From an uncultured bacterium (GTDB lineage: Bacteria > JAGOEH01): a stretch of DNA of 64,000 nucleotides. This document shows, piece after piece, positions 63,301-64,000 of the stretch (positions are counted from its first letter, which is position 1; each line of letters begins with the position of its first letter). The stretch spans positions 124,001-188,000 of the forward strand of contig CAZWDO010000004.1 in NCBI GenBank assembly GCA_964632485.1, in the 5' to 3' direction. The notes below the pieces were generated by a model, which did no database searches, was not told where the DNA came from, and saw nothing but the letters and a program-made list of their open reading frames with translations. The position numbers and the translations under genes were made by a program.

Positions 63301-64000
63301 ATGAAAATGATCGTACAAAATCATACTGATGGCTATCTGATTTTTGAAAATATGCGGGATACTCAAGCTTTTCGAACTTCAGAATTGAAGCTGTTTCAAG
63401 ATCTTTATGAACATCTTCTGGCTGTATTTATCAAATCATTGATTCTGGAAGAGCTCAAAGCCCTTAATGAAAAAAAGAATTCCTTTCTGGGGATGGCAGC
63501 CCACGATTTGCGAAATCCTCTTTCTGGAATCAAGGGCTTTATTCAGCTTTTTATTACATCTTTGAAATTTGACCAGTTTGATAAAATGAAGGGGATCCAA
63601 GATCTGGAACGAGTTTTACGCGTTGTTGACCGCATGAGTAGTTTGATCAATAATCTCCTGGATATTTCGGCTATCGAATCCGGGAAAGTGTTATTAAAAA
63701 AATCATGGGTCAATTATTGTGAATTGATTGAAGAGAATATAAGCCTTTATTCCCGTATTGCTCAACAAAAAGATATTGAACTGCTATATGAACCGGATTC
63801 CTCGATTCCGCATCTTTCCATTGACCGGGTACGAATTGGGGAAGTCCTTGACAATTTGCTTAGTAATGCGATTAAATATACGTTTCCAGGTGGGACAGTC
63901 AATGTGAGTCTTAATTTTAATGGTAAAGAAGTGATCACTTCTGTGAAGGACAATGGTCAAGGGCTGTTGGAAGAGGATTTGGATCATATTTTTAAATCAT
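60388..64000 (+). CDS. Beta-propeller + Y_Y_Y + GAF-like + histidine kinase; runs off the window
   Basis: Not in the ORF track. Manual translation from ATG at 60388 gives MKISKNTPRIIFLLLILL...GLSQNNVFAIIQDRQGFMWFGTEDGLN, then Y_Y_Y, PPFWETIWF TM, a GAF-like segment, FLGMAAHDLRNPL, NLLSNAIKYT, DNGQG. Confidence 0.88.
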   Translation, partial: MKISKNTPRIIFLLLILLPGLAQYLNAYEMEQLLKQLSFEKITIETGLSQNNVFAIIQDRQGFMWFGTEDGLNCYDGYNCKIYQNIYGDETSLSDNKILSLFEDHDGYLWVGTKFGGLNRFDPLTDQFTHYKYNPEDSNSLSSNQFITAIVEDSNDYLWVGTESGLNCIDPSRKKIERLPLINWTQESLNADFIWSLFIDEDGFIWVGSNHGVRKIDPNTKEVTHFNDRPGNHYYIPNTMIRSVYKDLRDTLWISSIDGLIIYDLAAKSFRKLQHDPADPHSLINNQLRFIMPDRKSDRIWIGTKGGLELFNRSTGEFLHFRKDDSRLTSLGQNFVYCLYQDSLDNLWIGTIGGGVNKVNRKKEKFLQYVPNPHFEGGLNDKDVLALYQDNQNYLWLGTSAGGLNRLNRATGEYTYFLQDDYNLNMFKQNEIKAIVDDGAGHLFLGSKQNGLIIFNTQDFSYQYIRYTDSNLNLGRANEIWSLYHDGSALWIGQVGGIKKFNYESEKSEFFEIKIVDNLRNSIYLTSIAEDDDHYLWVGTYGGGLLKFDKKKGWVKRFLNTTNSANSISNNRVISVLADGKYLWVGTLGGGLNRLDRETERFEIWRANEGLPSNDVVGILKDPAGYLWLSTNNGLSCFDPNRGVFRNYSMTDGLQSYQFSDDACFMAPTGEMLFGSDNGFISFFSDSVQDNLHIPPIVITGFRKFDKEMQFERPISKMEQIGLSYQDNYFSIQFSALDYMHSAKNHYAYWLEGFDKDWIYCGTRHEASYTNLDGGTYIFHVIGSNNDGVWNQAGTSLKIVIKPPFWETIWFRLGVGLLLASVLWTGYRFRIQTIEKQKKRLELLVGERTCELDHRNQELVQINKIVKSINMELDFRNLLQSILDELSDFGCIEKASALIYDREKKVYCFVASSGWKIDDLESIKLTEKEAEMRYIQNAENINQCIFYIENIVSRPASEKFSHLPLPKAMLVMKMIVQNHTDGYLIFENMRDTQAFRTSELKLFQDLYEHLLAVFIKSLILEELKALNEKKNSFLGMAAHDLRNPLSGIKGFIQLFITSLKFDQFDKMKGIQDLERVLRVVDRMSSLINNLLDISAIESGKVLLKKSWVNYCELIEENISLYSRIAQQKDIELLYEPDSSIPHLSIDRVRIGEVLDNLLSNAIKYTFPGGTVNVSLNFNGKEVITSVKDNGQGLLEEDLDHIFKS

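Noticed and set aside
60503-63987. Several short ORFs, including 62116-62727 (-)
   Set aside because: All are shadows of one long plus-strand kinase gene starting at 60388.

Overview
AT-rich bacterial chromosome segment from a draft scaffold, with two 10-N gaps at 10081-10090 and 36377-36386. The organism is diderm and probably a poorly studied FCB-group lineage; this is inferred from Skp, LpxL, AsmA, a PorZ-like protein with a YPNP/FlgD-Ig tail, and propeller-Y_Y_Y sensors. The window very likely spans the replication origin. dnaA (23237-24580, minus) is followed by an AT-rich region with DnaA boxes and a box-GC-trio unwinding motif, a perfect parS palindrome lies at 25272-25287, and strand composition appears to switch near 23 kb. 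Housekeeping genes: pabBC fusion, tRNA-Val(GAC), ArnT-like glycosyltransferase, era, gpsA, hutH, cdd, skp, ruvB, queH, queA, holA, rmlA, thioredoxin, lpxL, cysteine desulfidase. The rest is rich in signalling genes. The most notable is a chemoreceptor whose ligand-binding region is a ~790-aa beta-propeller + Y_Y_Y module normally found in glycan-sensing hybrid two-component kinases; it is one of three paralogs here with different outputs. Other items of interest: a PilZ/pseudo-receiver gene before cheR-cheB, a perfect 16-bp hairpin over the cheR stop and cheB start, a YfiR partnered with a histidine kinase phosphorelay, a K+ channel with a stand-alone cNMP-binding protein, a REC-DHp-REC protein lacking an ATPase domain, a TPR sensor ending in a Cys-rich mini-domain, and a MurI-like racemase with a Cys-to-Ser change. 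No CRISPR array, rRNA, transposase or integrase was seen. All calls come from motif recognition by eye; no database searches were run.
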